Positions 1 through 14,601 of a stretch of 64,000 nucleotides of DNA are shown here, piece by piece. Both the position numbers and the translations under genes were made by a program. The notes under the pieces are model-generated. The model was not told the DNA's origin, did not search any database, and saw nothing but the letters and a program-made list of their open reading frames with translations. Source of the stretch: Paraspadella gotoi (lineage: Eukaryota; Animalia; Chaetognatha); NCBI GenBank assembly GCA_051294375.1, contig CM119266.1:10639571-10703570 (forward strand), given 5' to 3'. The stretch's first letter is position 1; the number at the start of each line of letters is the position of its first letter.

Positions 1-339
1 GAATAATTATTTTTAGATTTGAAAATGTTTTACGAATTTTTCTCAGCAGGTGATGAAATTAATCCAAACCTTTAAAAAAAAAAACGCAGTTCTATTTCAG
101 TATTTCAGCAGTTGTCTTTCAATCAGACAACAACAACAACCATCTGCGAATGCAAATGAATGGCGAACAATAGCGATCGATGCCCAACGAAAGAGAATCC
201 CGTCCAGTGTACCAAGAAGTCAGCCCAACCTCATTAACAACAACGACAATACGACTAACGCCCCCCGACTGCGCATCCACGGTCAAAGGAACAACGAAAG
301 GCGACGCGGCGAAACCAAAAGAAAAACGAAACAACCGGG

Positions 340-373
<34 letters not shown>

Positions 374-639
374 TGTTCATTGTGCGCGCCACTACCGGCT
401 TCCACAACGGGGGTGATATCACCAACGGGAGCAGCTGAACCCATTCTTAGCGACGGACCGAGGGATCAGAAACCGGACAAAAAGTGGAACGATGATGACG
501 ATGACAGCGACGATGACGATGACGACGCGGTGTCGTTTTATGGGTACGGGCGATTGACCCCGATGGCTCCTGGCGACTGCGACAACGGGACCGGTTTCCT
601 GGGGTCGCAAGGTGCTTAATGACCAAGCGGGCCGGGTCG

Positions 640-684
640 GGGGCCGGGGCCGGGGCCGGGGCCGGGGCCGGGGCCGGGGCCGGG
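640..684 (+). repeat. (GGGGCC)7 hexanucleotide repeat
   Basis: Seven perfect GGGGCC units at 640-681, followed by GGG. Confidence 0.95.
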
Positions 685-2478
685 CAGAACGGGTCGCGGC
701 AGATCGAAGATCGCCGTAATTAGAGGCGAGGGTCAAGAGAATAAAAGGCGGGGAGGAAAAATGAGGGGGGGGAGAGAAGATGGAAAGAGAGAGAGAGAGA
801 GAGAGAAGAGAGCCGATGATCATCTCCTGTGTGTACTATTTCGGTTTCGGTCGCTCTGCCTTTTGATTTTTGAAGAAACCAAAAGTGACCATTGTTCTAT
901 TTCCCACTCGCCTAGACGGGACGTCCGGATGTATCTCCTGGGACAAGATAAAAAAAACGAGGTCACAGGGAGGAAATTGTCAAAATTGTTTTATAAATTT
1001 CACGCCCAAAATTTAAAAAAAAAAATTTTTGGTACGAGATTTTCTATTTTAATATAACTTAATTTTCTCATGAAAATTGCTAAATTACCTGGTACAACCA
1101 ATATTGTATTTCCCAATTCCAAAATGTTGGATTTATTAATGTAAAAATTAAGATTTTGTCAAAGAAAAAAGGACTTTTCGCCAACCAGTCGCTGCTACCG
1201 AATTTTTCTCCTCTCGCTTCGCCGCGTTACAAAAGAAAAAAACTCTCCTTTTTCAGCCTAATTCGAATTTGGGTGAACACGGAGTGACGAACAAAAGAAC
1301 AGCATTTTTTTTTCATTTCGATTCGCTTATCGATTCGATCGATGAAGAGAGAGAATCTTTTGAGGCATCGACGATGGGAGCGTCCCCTTAAAAAAAAGGA
1401 GGGGACGTTGGCAAGGGACAGGTTCCCAACTTAAAGGGACGATAGAGGAGAGAATTGATCAAATTTTTTTTTTCAATTTCCAATGTCTTTCTCTCTCTTA
1501 TCTCACTATCAATGGTTAAATTTGTACTTTAATCTTATTTGCATATAGCAGTATTTGATTAATTAGAAAATATTTTTAATCATACCGTATGAGAGGATTT
1601 TCATTGAAATATGACGGTTGTTCACACCAAATGTAAAAATGGGACTTGATCTTTCACTCTATGGAATTACTATTTGATTAATTATAATAAACGTAGGTGA
1701 TGAAAACAGCGACAAAGAAAAAATTAATTGTCTTCTTTAAAAAGTCTCGAAGAATATTCTTTGTAAAAAAAAACAAAAAATCACAACAATTCAAGGCATG
1801 CCACCACATAAACGTTAAAATTTGAATGGAGTGTCAAACCCCAAGGTAACACTCTAGATCAGTTGATAATATCATAAGTGTTTCTGAAAATACAGTATTA
1901 CAGCGTCTACTTAAGTGGAGTAAAAAGATAATAAAAGGCTAAAGAAACAGGATGAAGGTGAAATTATGACAGGTTTTCTTGACCAAATAATTTTCAAAAG
2001 TTTTCCGTTCAACGAGAACCTGCAAAGATGGCCACGAAAAACCAATGTCCATTCAAAAAGACGGGGGGCGTCGCCGACGAGCAGGTTCGCCCTTATTCAG
2101 CCGCCCATTCAAAATCGCGAATTCATTCATGATCGAATTGGAAGAAAGAAAACACATTCAGTCGCCCAAAACAAAAGGAGTTTTGGGGCCGAAAAAAAAA
2201 ATCCAAGGATGTCGGGAAGATATTTTTTTTTCTTCTCCAGGGTCTTGGGGGGGATAATTATCTCTCGTGAGGATGGAAAGGCTTTGTGTAAGGAGAAGAG
2301 GGTTCAGGATACAGAGCATCACCGGCGACGTCCACAGGAGGGCGCGACCTTCGCCCCTCCCTCCAGAGGAAACAAAAGACGAATCGATGTAACCACCTCA
2401 ATTTCGCTTTCGTCAATTTCCGACGCCGCATTGTTAATTCGTCGAGATAAAAATCTCAGACGATGACGATTTCTTTGG

Positions 2479-2483
<5 letters not shown>

Positions 2484-2543
<60 letters not shown>

Positions 2544-4205
2544 CTCCCCCACCAATTTGGCGACCATTCAAAAAGGATTCGTGGTCTACGATTGACGTCA
2601 TCTTCGATCGAACTCGAATCGAATGCGCCCCACCTGATCTCTCGCGCTCAAATCTCGAGGTCGATCGCTTTCGTCGTCGTCTTCATTAATCATCGGGACT
2701 TTCCCTCATCTCGAAGAGCGGAACGACGGAAACTCCCCCTTCCCACAGTTTGTGACCGGGGGGGGGGCGACCAGAGGGAGTGAGATCGAGATCGACTCAT
2801 CGTTGACAGTAAAATCTGGAAGCGGTAGTCAAGAAAACGTCTGTCGTCGTGAAAAGATTAGCAAAACTGTAATGTCAAGACGTACTTTTCAATATACTAC
2901 ATCAAACTATCTCGCAGAATTCTTTCGACGTGTCTCTCTGTCTCTCTCTCTCGCTCCTACTCTGCGTGAGTTCCTCTCTCGCCAGGGGTCTCCTCTCATT
3001 CCTTTCTTTTACTCCTTCTCCTTTTTTCTCTCAAGAAAATCCAAACGAAATCGGAACTTAATCTTTTTTCGTTTATCCCCTACTTCTTGAATAAAAAAAA
3101 AATCGCTAAAAAAAGTAAAAGTGAAAAAGATAAAAATAAAAAAATATAAAATGCTAGTAAACCGGCGACGAAACCACTTTTCCTTTTATACTAAGGGAGA
3201 AAAATTAAGGGAAAAAAAGGGGGAAGGGATGGAATGAAAGACAGTAAGATATATATATAAATTATATATATTCCAAAGAAAAGGCGTTGGGCACTATTTC
3301 TTGAAGAAAGGGACCCATGCGGTTCGAAGCATCATTAGGCTACTCTGCATGGAATTTCTCTGTCCATTGGCGTCGATGCTTAAAAAACTTTTTTTTCTCT
3401 CTCTTTTTTTTTCTTTTTCGTTCTTTTTCATCTTGAGGCTTTCTGCACATTTCGCTTGTAAGGAATTCTTGGCGGGAGGCGCCTGGTGCCACGGGGGGCG
3501 CTTGGACCGTAGGGGGGCGCCTTCCGAGCCGCGGGAGGGCGCCGCATTTACCCGGGGAAACGAAAAGGAATGGAACCGAAAAAATAAAAAAACGAAAAGG
3601 AGAAAATCAAACGGTTTGCGATTCTATTTCTGTATATAAATCGATACACTCGATTTCGTTCTCGGAATTTCGAAAATTCTTCTCCACAAATGCGGGAATG
3701 ACTTAATCGTTTTGGGATCGAAAAATTAATGACGTCATCTTGAGTGTCATCGACGTCATCTCGTCAGTTTCTTTTCCATTAAACTCCAGCAGCATAAAAG
3801 TTTCCTAATACGCGGCAATCAACCAACTCCTCTCAACGGAGAAAAGCGAAAAAAAATAAAAGAGCAACGCCGGACAAAACTCTTTTTAAAACAAAGCAGT
3901 CAAATGTGGACAAAAAAAAACAAACGATTGTTGTCGAGATTCTCTCGAAACCCCCTTCGTCGACAGCCTCCTTTGTCTCCCTGCGCTGGCAATGGCAGCC
4001 TCCTTTAGCCCCTCGGGGCCTCGATGCCCTAGCCGACGCGGCCCGTGGACGGCCGGGCCCCGGAGGCCCCTACGCATCGAACGAATGAAAATAATTGCCG
4101 CCTCCTCTTTTTTTTTTATTTCGAAACTGATTCGTTGTCGAGATTGATCGATGACGACGAGTCGAATGACGAATTAATTTTAATAATAAACCATTACCAG
4201 TCAGT

Positions 4206-4252
<47 letters not shown>

Positions 4253-7200
4253 ACATGCTCAGACAACGGTAACAAAATACAGCTTTGAACTTTTTCTCCT
4301 ATTCTGCCCACTCACGATCGAAGATAGGGCCCTCATCCGAAAACGAAACGTGAGCCTTAATAAAAGTAAAACTCGCGCGTTTACGTCGTAAAATGCGTTA
4401 ATGCCGTAATGCAGTTTTAATGCCGTTTATACGACGGTCCTACGAGAGGTTGTAACTTTTCAGTTTTTTTTTATAGTTTTTTTTTTTTAGTTGAAACGTA
4501 CGACTAATGCCGGCGGCACCGCGGTCATTTGCAACAAACGCTTTTTCTTTTTTCCGTTTTTCTCGTCTTTTCCCTTCATTTTCAGTTTTTGAACATAAAA
4601 AAACCTGAGTCAAAACAATCACTGAGGCACAACCAGGGTCGTTACAATCGAGAGAGAGAAAGAGAGAGAAAGAGCGAGAGAGCGAACGAGAGGGGGAGAC
4701 TAACAAAAAGTGACACGCCGGAAACCCTACTCGACCCGACGATACATAAATATTAAAATCTCGATTGTTTGACTCGTCTTTTAATCCCCACCTTTTTCTT
4801 ACCTTTCCCTTACTCTTCCTCACCCGCTCGTTTTCACCCTGGGGTCGCGAGCCCCTTCCGTCTCGCTCGGCTTCTCGTCGAAGAGAGAGAGAGAGAGAGA
4901 CGACGACAGCCTCGAGGCGACGGGAGCGAGAGGAGTCGACGAGCATCTGCGGGTCCCCGAAAACGACGCCTTCCGGGCATCCTTCGTTTCGAGAGGGGGT
5001 TCTCCAACACCCGCAAGGGCCACTTTTAGGTGCCCCCGTTTTATGTGTGTGTGTTTTGATTCAATTTTGTTTGCTTCTCGATGAAATGGAAACAAAGAGG
5101 CAACTCTAAATTTCAAAGTTGAAAACAAATTATATTTTGGTTTTATAGAATTTGTGTAATTCTCATTTTGAACCTCAAATGCTAAGCGTGCGAAACATGA
5201 ACAGCAAAACTTAAAATATCGTAAATGATTCCGTGAATCGAAAGCTGGGAAGAAATGTCTTGAACTGAAGTGGACGCCCATTCATCTCCAGATTGTGAGA
5301 CAGCCATTGTTGGCCAGTGTTGTGAAAAAAAAGGGAAGAACGTGAGACAGAGAGACAAAAAGAGATGCGACTGAGATTAAGGTAAGTCAGGGAAAAAGGT
5401 AAGTTACGAGAGAACCTCTAGTTCCGGCGGAAGCGCAGAAAAACCGGTCGAAAAACCGGATTCGATCTTTAAGATCGAGTCGATCTTTTCCTGGCAAAAG
5501 CAGACGATAGATCCAACGATATCGTCAAAATGGGGATTTGAAAGATCGTTGACGCTGCCTCCGGGATCAACCCCATGAGAGAGAGAGAGAGAGAGAAAGC
5601 CGTTTTCTCTTCTTTTCTCTCTTTTGTGTTGATCTTTTGTTTGGAGGGAGAAAAAGGTTTTTTCTTTCTCTCGCCGCTTTGAAAAATCGGTTGGGGGAAA
5701 GGGTGACGCGGCCTTGACGACGACATTGACGACCACGGCATCTATCACGACATTCATTCTTTTTCTTTCTCTCTCTCTCTCTCTCTCACTCTCTCTCTCT
5801 CTCTCTCTCTCAGGTAAACCTGATTTGAGAAATTACTTGATAAAAAAGAAAATACGAGGTCGTTCTACATCCAGAGGCACTCGACTAAAAAACCCAGAGG
5901 CGCTGAGTTTATTCATGAATACGAGTTTTATTTAAATTAATAATAATTCAGAGTGAGATAATAATTTGGGTTATAGGAGGAAGGATTTTGCGGGAACTAA
6001 AAGCACCCAAGTAAATCTCCAGATTTAAAAAACAACGCTAAGGAATCAGGTGCCAAGAACAGTTTCTCTTCCACCCCAATCCCCAACTTCCTCAAAAACC
6101 GAGAAAAAAGTTAAATTCCACTTCTTTTAGACAAAAACCGGCTGCTCGCGGGCCTGTCACCCAAAGGTTCAACTGCACAGGCTCTTTCTTTTGACATCCG
6201 GGGTCCTTGTCTTTCAAAAGGTGAGGATAGGGAAAAAAGTAAGTTTTATGGACGACATGAACGATCTCTTAACTCGCAACGGACGAGACACCCGTGCGCC
6301 CACCCCGAGAAAGGCATCGCACGTGCATCGCCGAGAGTGCGAGCGCACGCGTTGCAGGAAGTCGCGAGGGAATCGAAGAGCGGACCCAAGAAAACGTCTC
6401 TCGATGCGTCGAAGCGAAAATGATGGATGTGGTCGACGAGAACCGGCTTTTTTTTAAAAGAGTCTCGGATGATCGGAAACGAGGCGCAGATTTAACGCGC
6501 TGGGATTTGAAGAGAATCAAGGGAGGAGAAAACGAACTTTTTATTTTGAGAATGAGATGGAATACAAAGGTATTAACTATACCGAATGTATTCATCGCCT
6601 TTTAAATCAATTCAAGATTGAATCTCATTTGTTTTACTTGAATTACGGATCAGGAAGTCGAAATAACCGCAAAGATGAAGCATAGAAATCCAATCAAGAA
6701 CGGATCATCCTCAAAGGCGACGACGAACACAAAGAAACTACACGGCCTCACACGAGTCGAGAGACTACGTTGCTCGGAATTAAGAGGCGCTAAAAACAGG
6801 TGAGGCGAGGGAAACGCCACGCCTCTCGCTGCGGATTGCCGGCCGGCGACCGAAAGGCGGTGCGGCTTCGCGGCGTCGGCGCCCGCTTTGGCACCTGCGT
6901 CGCCGAGATGCGCTATGAGCAAAACCGTCGACGTTCCGTCTGAATAATGAGACGCTTTTGATGCCCAACGGAATTCGAGTCCAAAGTGGCAGGGGCGACG
7001 ACGACGACGAAAACGACGAAGGCAGGAAAAAAACAAGCGAGACAACTTGAAAACTTTTTTTTACATCTTTTCTCTTCCCCCCCCCTTCCTTCCCTCACAA
7101 CATAACTGTTCTCGGATCGCGTATTGAATCGATCCGGCGGTGACAACCGTCGAGACATTTTCATTTCCAGACAACACGGAATTTTTTGTCCATTAACTCC

Positions 7201-7407
7201 GATCCATTGCGAAATCTTTCGAGGTCTCTTCTGTGGTAAGTAATAAGAGCGGGAGAGGTTTGGTTTAAAGTTAAAAGGGGAGGAGGGAGGGAAGACCTGT
7301 AAAAGTGGTAAGGTATAAGGCGAAGTTAAGAGAGTTAAGTCGTTAAGAGAAGGATATAAGAGAACAAGAGCAATGGATAATGAAATCAATCTCTCGCTAC
7401 TTCCTAG

Positions 7408-7457
<50 letters not shown>

Positions 7458-8809
7458 CGCTCTTACTTTCGCTGATCAAGAATTGAGGAGGGAGAAGAGA
7501 TGAGACGTGGGACTAGTTCCCTCGGGAGGTCGAGGGAGGATGGAGGAAAGGAGATGTGGGAAAAAGAGAAAAGGAGAAAAGAAGAGGAGGAAAGAAAAAG
7601 AAAAGAGAAGAGCAAAAGGATAGAAAATAAGAATTGGATGAAGGGAGGCGAAAAGTAAAGGGAAGAGATTAGGAGGGAAGGAAAAAACGAAAGAAAACGA
7701 AAGTTGAAAGAAAAAGAGAAAAGGAAAGGAGGAAGAGAGTTAAGTAAAAGAGATAAGAAACTAAGAAAACGGGGAGATGTAAGCTGACGAGTAAAGTATC
7801 AAGGGTAGAACCATATCGATCTTAAGTTAAACAATTGGCGAGATATCTTCGGGGTGAGGCCAACCGCGGTCGGGGTGAGTGCTTCCGGCTAAAATCCGGA
7901 AGGTGGAATCGCGCGTGGCGATTCCCCAGAGGAAAGAACACCAATGAATTGTTGAGTAGGAGAGAGCGGCGGAGGCGATGTCGGCGGCGGGGGCGGGCGG
8001 CGGTGTCATAGTAGGTGGGGAATAGTTGTAGGATGGGGTGAAAGTGTCTTGGGGTAAGAAAGGTTTCCGGAAATGTGGAGAAAATGTACGATTCCATATC
8101 ACGATATCTAGAGAATCGTCATTATTCAACGTAACGTATTCGACCAAAGGAAACGCCCACTTTTCGTCCCCTACCCTACAACTACTACGAACCCCTCCAG
8201 CGGAGGGCCTCCACCCCCTCCACACGACCGCACACCATCGTTCGCGCTCCCCGGCATCATTCAGCGTCACGGGAAAGCGATTCCATCGGCCATGATTCCA
8301 TCCACTATTCATAATTCCCATTTTCTTCTTAGCAATTTTTCCAGATTTGACAAGACTTTTTTTTTTCTTCTCCTATCTTTTCTCCGTTCTGCCTCTATCT
8401 CTTTCTCGCTCTCCGTTGGTCAATCGGTCAAAAATTGCTCCGAAGTCAATTACATCCGGGGATGGGAGAGAGATAGAGAGGGAGTTGAATCGATCGGAGG
8501 TAAAAGGGGAAAGGGCGGGTGGTTTAGGGGGGTTTTGGATCCGGGCGTGGCAGAGGAAAAGAGTTGGTTCCTTCGACAGGGGAGAAAAGTAATAGAATCG
8601 CAAAAGACTCAATTTGGAAGGAAAAAAAAAGAACTCGTACCGCGTTTCTCTTTTTTCTTCTTTATTTCTTTTTTTTTCTCTCTCTCGTGAAAAAAAAAAA
8701 GATAAAAATTGGAGCGAAACTGTCACAAACGATTGTCATTTTCGAAGTCCCGGATGGAAACGTTTCCGAATGTCGTTTCGTGTTGAACGGAGGTCCTTTC
8801 TACTTGGGT

Positions 8810-8875
<66 letters not shown>

Positions 8876-10551
8876 TGTGCGAAAAATATGAAGACGTCCC
8901 TTTTGTGTCGGCGGATGACAATGGCGGAGAGAGAGCTAGAGAGAGAGTTTTTTTTCGGCGCGGTTATGACGGCGATGACGACGGGTTATGACAGAGACGG
9001 CGATAAAAGACGACGGGAGGGTTTATGTGGGGATTTTTAGTGGAAATTATCCACTCGATAACAAACGAGGCTGAGAAATCGAAAAAAAAAAATCGGATCT
9101 TTTCTCCCTCGAAACGAGTTCGGGTTTCGGAGAATGGCCTCGGTGAATTCGCCGCAAACCTTCGGCGCCATTTCGCGAAATCGTTCGATAAAGTAATACA
9201 ATTATATAACTAATAATGATAAGCATTATAAACATTATAACTCGTGATTTGGCTAATTTATCTATAGCTTGAAACCTTCTTGATATATTTTAACGTTCGA
9301 GTCTACTATCTAATAGTTTTTTAATCGAGTCTATTGCTCCCAAAAAAAGCCTCCATAAATGCGCGGAGGAATAATTAATGAACCTCCCTCTCTCTCTTTG
9401 GAAAAAAAAAATGCGGGAATGAAAGGTGCGATCGGCGGGAGCCTTGAATAAATTGGGATCCCAAAAGCCCCACCCTAACAATGTCCCTTCTTCCCGGCCA
9501 TAAAATTTGGATCCATCCCATCTCATTCTGTGAGGCACAAGGGGGGGAAGCCGAGGTGGGAGATAGACCCTAAGGAGATGAGTTGAGAGGATAGGGAGAA
9601 AAAAAAAGGTGCTGTACCAACTTCGCATTGAAAACGAGGGCGAAATTCATAAAATCGTTAAACGTCGATATATAAATTAATAATATCGTTATCGATAATA
9701 GATTTACGATGATATACGGAAATATTTAATTACGCTTCGTAAACCATACTCCCGTTTCTTCAAAGGAAATGTAAAAGTCAATGTATTCGAGGTAGTTTAA
9801 GTAGCTCACAAAAAAAAAACCGAGCGATCCTTCTATTCAGGCGCTCATCGGGCCGCACCATAGTGGCGTGGAAATCGAGAGAGACAGAGAGGATCGCCCC
9901 TTCACAAAGCCATGCAAATGAGTCTTCGAAAGCGGTGAGAGAGAGAGCCCAATTCCCAAGCGCATCCTTCGATGGGCGCGTAGCCCATTGTGTTGGCTCT
10001 CCCCGCTTTTCTTTTTTCTTTTTTCTTTTTTCTTCCTTTCGACGGTCTCGACCAATCGGAGCGCGGCTCTTCAAACTTTTGACCAATGGGCGCGCGCCTC
10101 GTCTCCCACTTCCATCGGGAGGCTCTTCTCTCCCTCTCCCCGCCTTCGGCTCGGCGCGGAAGGAAGGCGGCAATGGGGGGGAGGAGGAGAGGGGGGAAAG
10201 AAAGGGGGACGACCCTATCATTCGAATGGTAATGGAATCAAAATTGTCCTTCGAAAGGAGCGAGGGGAAACCGGGTTTTTCTCCGCGAGAGATCCGATCG
10301 GAGAAGGACCCTTCCCTTTTAAAGATCTTAAAAGGGAGGAAAAAAGAAGAGATTTAACGTTGTGGCGTTTATTTTCATAGAGTTTTAAAATTAACATTCC
10401 TGGTCATTAACGTACAAGCGAAAAAATCAAACGTGATCTCAATTCAACTCTTGATTAAAGTCTTGATTGAATTCCCACGAGTAAGGGAAATATATATATA
10501 TAAAAAGCATTTTTTATTTCCTTTCTTTATCTCACCTATCCATTTTAATTT

Positions 10552-10589
<38 letters not shown>

Positions 10590-11783
10590 CTCATTTCCGA
10601 TTTATTTCCTTCTCGCTTTCCGTCTCAGCGCCGAGGCGACGTCGACACCGAGTTCCCGGGAGACAAAGTGAGAGCGAGATGAGAAAGGCGCCGTTCAAGG
10701 TATCGCAGGTTTTATGCACCGAGAGGCACCCTCTCTCTCTGTCTCGCTCTATTTTTTTCTTCCTCTCTCTCTGGTATAAAAACTCGTAATAAGGAGAGGA
10801 TTAAAAAGCGAAGGAATTCTCGCAGGACCCGAACGAGCGTTTCGCTCTTGCGTCGTGAAACCCAAGACGAAGAGAAAGAAAATTTTAAAAACTGAGGTAA
10901 GGGGAAAAAGGATATTAGATGTAATTAAATTTCGCATCAATATGTATTGAACTTTAAACTACCCCCCTCCAATTTTTTTTTTTTAACTTGTGCAACATTC
11001 GCACCATTTCATAAATAACGACTTGATGTCTTTTGATTATGTTTTCGACAACAAAAAAAAAGCTAAACAAAGAGCAGACGAACGCGCGGGCGTCACTCAC
11101 GAGCTCGCTGCGGATTCGAATCGGCTCCGCGGGCAAAGGATGGCTGAATCCCCGTCGGGAGCGTTCAAGTCTTTTTCGTGTTCTTGGTCTTATTCTTCCA
11201 TTTCTAGTCCTGCTTCCTTCTCTCTCCTCATTCGTCCTTTTCTTCAACATCCCTTTCCACCCCATCCTTTTCTTCTCCACCCCCCTCCACCTCCTCTCCG
11301 CTCAACAGCATCGGGACTACAAATAGAAGGGAATGGGAGGAAGAAGATGGTTAAGGAAGAAATAAGACAGGATCGATCGTCAAAAATCGCTCGTTCGTAG
11401 AGTCTAAATTTCTTTTATATTCTTAAATTTGTTTGTCTCCCGTATCATTCGAATAAAAAAAAACCCCAAAAAAATATCTCTGACGAATCAAAATATATAG
11501 TATCACTTCCCCTCCCCATCTCCCCACCCGCGCGCCACGCCCCCCCCCCTTCGTCTATCCTCTCTCTCTCTTTACTCTCCGGTTCCTCTGGGGCCGAAGC
11601 CATCTCCGGAAGGCCGCGTTTTGGCTGTATGTCTCCGGGGACGCGGGTTTTACATTCGAACTCAAGTCTGAAGAATTTAAGAGTTGTGGGACAAAGGGTG
11701 GGGACTTGGAGAATAGCGGTATAAAAGCCGAGAGAGAAAGACAATTTCCACGATATGATAAAAATAGATCCTAAATCTATATA

Positions 11784-11818
<35 letters not shown>

Positions 11819-12645
11819 TTCCATCAAAGAATTCAAAGTGAAAACAACTTCGATACTTGCTAAAAAATTCGTGTCACGTGACAACCTCCATCGCTTTCGA
11901 GCGGAGCTATAGATTTCGCTCGAAGGTCAAAATCTACGACGCGAACCAAATATAAAACGAGCGTAAACTTTTCAACGAAAAACATTTTCTTCTCTCATAA
12001 AAAACCACCTCTTTAAAATGTTAACCATTATTACAAACTAAATACTGGGAACCAAAAAAAACAAACTGTTCAGTCTTTCTGGGTTCGGGACTTGGCACCG
12101 TGTGACCTTAAATGCTTTAGGGTGACATTCTAGATGTTAAAGTTTCGTATCGAGAAAATGGCGGAAGAGGAAGCCTTCTGCATGGGAAATGCTCCCGCGG
12201 GGCCAAACATGGGCCCCGAGGGAATTTTGGGGAGGACGAAGGAGAGGAGGACGAGGAAGGATGTTTAACTGTAAATATTATTGTTTATTGTTTTTTTTTT
12301 TTTTGCGATTGTTTGGAATGCAGTGAGGCCCTTTTTTTTGCGAAGCGCGATGGATCATGGAATAAAAACTCGTTAAACCCATTAAAACTGTTTTGAAACA
12401 ATCGTTGAGATTCTGTTACGCCGTTTATATCGAATTCAATTAACCAGAGGATTGAGGGAGGATTTTTTTTTATTCCTCCGCCATCGTCTGGGATTCTCGA
12501 TAAAGAGCAAATCCGTCCTGGGATTCGCTTTTTTGATATTACACCAAAATCCAGAACAACAAGAAAAAAAAAATTTCGAAGCAGGAAATTCGCAGGCTGA
12601 AAAATGAAGCGCTTAAGGTCCCTAGACGGATGGGAGAAGGGATCC

Positions 12646-12689
<44 letters not shown>

Positions 12690-13043
12690 GCTGGATGGCG
12701 TTGTATGACGAGGAATGGCGTCGGTTTCGAATTCGAAAGTTGAAAATAAAAAAACAAAACTTTTTTTCAAATCGGAACCGATCAATCTCGGGCGAGTGAG
12801 ACAAGTTTTGATTTTTAAAGCGAATTAACCTTTTGTGAACCCACCCACACAGTATGGGCGTGTTCGCAGTGAACTGAGCAGAACTCACCCGTTAAAAGAG
12901 TTTATACTCAAAATTGCCTTCTTTTTTCCTCTTTCACCCTGGCATCCACACTGACGCCCCTTGGCTCAACGGATTTAGATTTGTACGCCACCCACCCTAT
13001 CAGTCTAGGTCCTCTTATTCTCTTTTACTCCAATATCTATTTA

Positions 13044-13091
<48 letters not shown>

Positions 13092-14546
13092 CCTCGGTCC
13101 CCAATGGGTTTATTGTTTATGCCCACAATCACTGTATACATTCCGGGGACTCTTGGGACCCCTATTCGGTCCCACGAGGCGCAGAGAGAGAGAGAAAGCG
13201 AAAGCGAGTGAGAGAGAGCGAGAGAAAGGGAAGAGATTTTATTCCCGTCCGCGGCTTTCGGGGGGCGTCGCCCGAGCCACGGCGAACCGGCGTCGAAAGG
13301 GAAGCGGGGAAAGTTTCCAACGAACGTCTCTTAATTCAATGACTGGAAATAAAAACGGCGCTAATTTTAATCGTTTTAAGATAAATTTATTTTTGTTTTA
13401 GTTTCTTGGTTCATTTTTTCCCCCCGTTTTTTAGATAATGTCAACTTTTTTATCATTTTATTTAAAATTTACACAAGAAGCACAATCTTGAAACTTCATC
13501 GAAAACGAGATAAAGAATTTTTTTTTTTTTTTTTAAACCAGGCCAAGCCAAAGACTTTATTATCGTCATTCATCTTTATCAACCAACGCGCGCGATTAAT
13601 TGCCCGCGCGCTCACGATTCGGCGCAGTTTCGTCGGAGCCGGCGCGACAAAAAAATTTCGGCGTCTCTTTTCCGCTGGGAATCTTCATCGTCGCCCCTTA
13701 AATTCTAAATTCGGTCACGTGACCCCCTAGAGGGACGGTGCTTTTTTTTTTAAACAAACTGGGGGGAAAGCTAATAAATTAAATTTGATGGAGTAAGTTT
13801 TTAATGACAAAAAAATTTGCCAAAATTACCAGGAACTGCTTTTTTTTATAAAGCGGTGATATTTATATAAATTTCATGTAAAAATACAAAACTACAGAAA
13901 CACCTTGCGAAACTGCTGAAAATAGGGTTCCTCGAGTCGAACCCCTTTTGTAAAAAAAAAGGTTGAAAAGAAAAAAAAGAGAAATTATCCCGATAAGAAT
14001 CACCATCACGGATGTCATCGGTTTTCCCTTCTCCCCCCCCCACTTTTCGAGTCGGGCCGTCTGTCTCCTCGAATCCAGGGGACAACGCTGCTAATCCCTT
14101 AAACGCCAGGGACCATCAGAATGAATGAAACGAGGCTAAGGGTTGGAACGGGCGCGGGAAAGTTGCACAATGCTTCTAGGAAATGAAAAGGGTGGTAACG
14201 GGGGAAATAAGGGGGGAGTGTTACACTAATTTCTTTGGTTCATTCATTTTCTTTTTCTTTCTTTGAAAGAGTAATTCCTACGGCAACGAGCCGAAAAGGA
14301 TGACCGCGAGGAAGGAACAGGTTTTCGTCGTTGTTAAGGCGAAGACGACGACGACGACGACGACGACGACCAAAACTCCCGCGGGGCAGAGGGACACTGT
14401 CTCCACGCACGAGATGGGAGGCGGGAGATGACCCGTCGTCGAGATGAGCACAAGCCAGGGAGAAAAGACTCATCACAAAAGAATCCCGAGAGTTGACCAG
14501 CGAGGGATGAGCCAGAGAGAGAGAGGGAAATTTTCTCCCCACGGGG

Positions 14547-14601
<55 letters not shown>

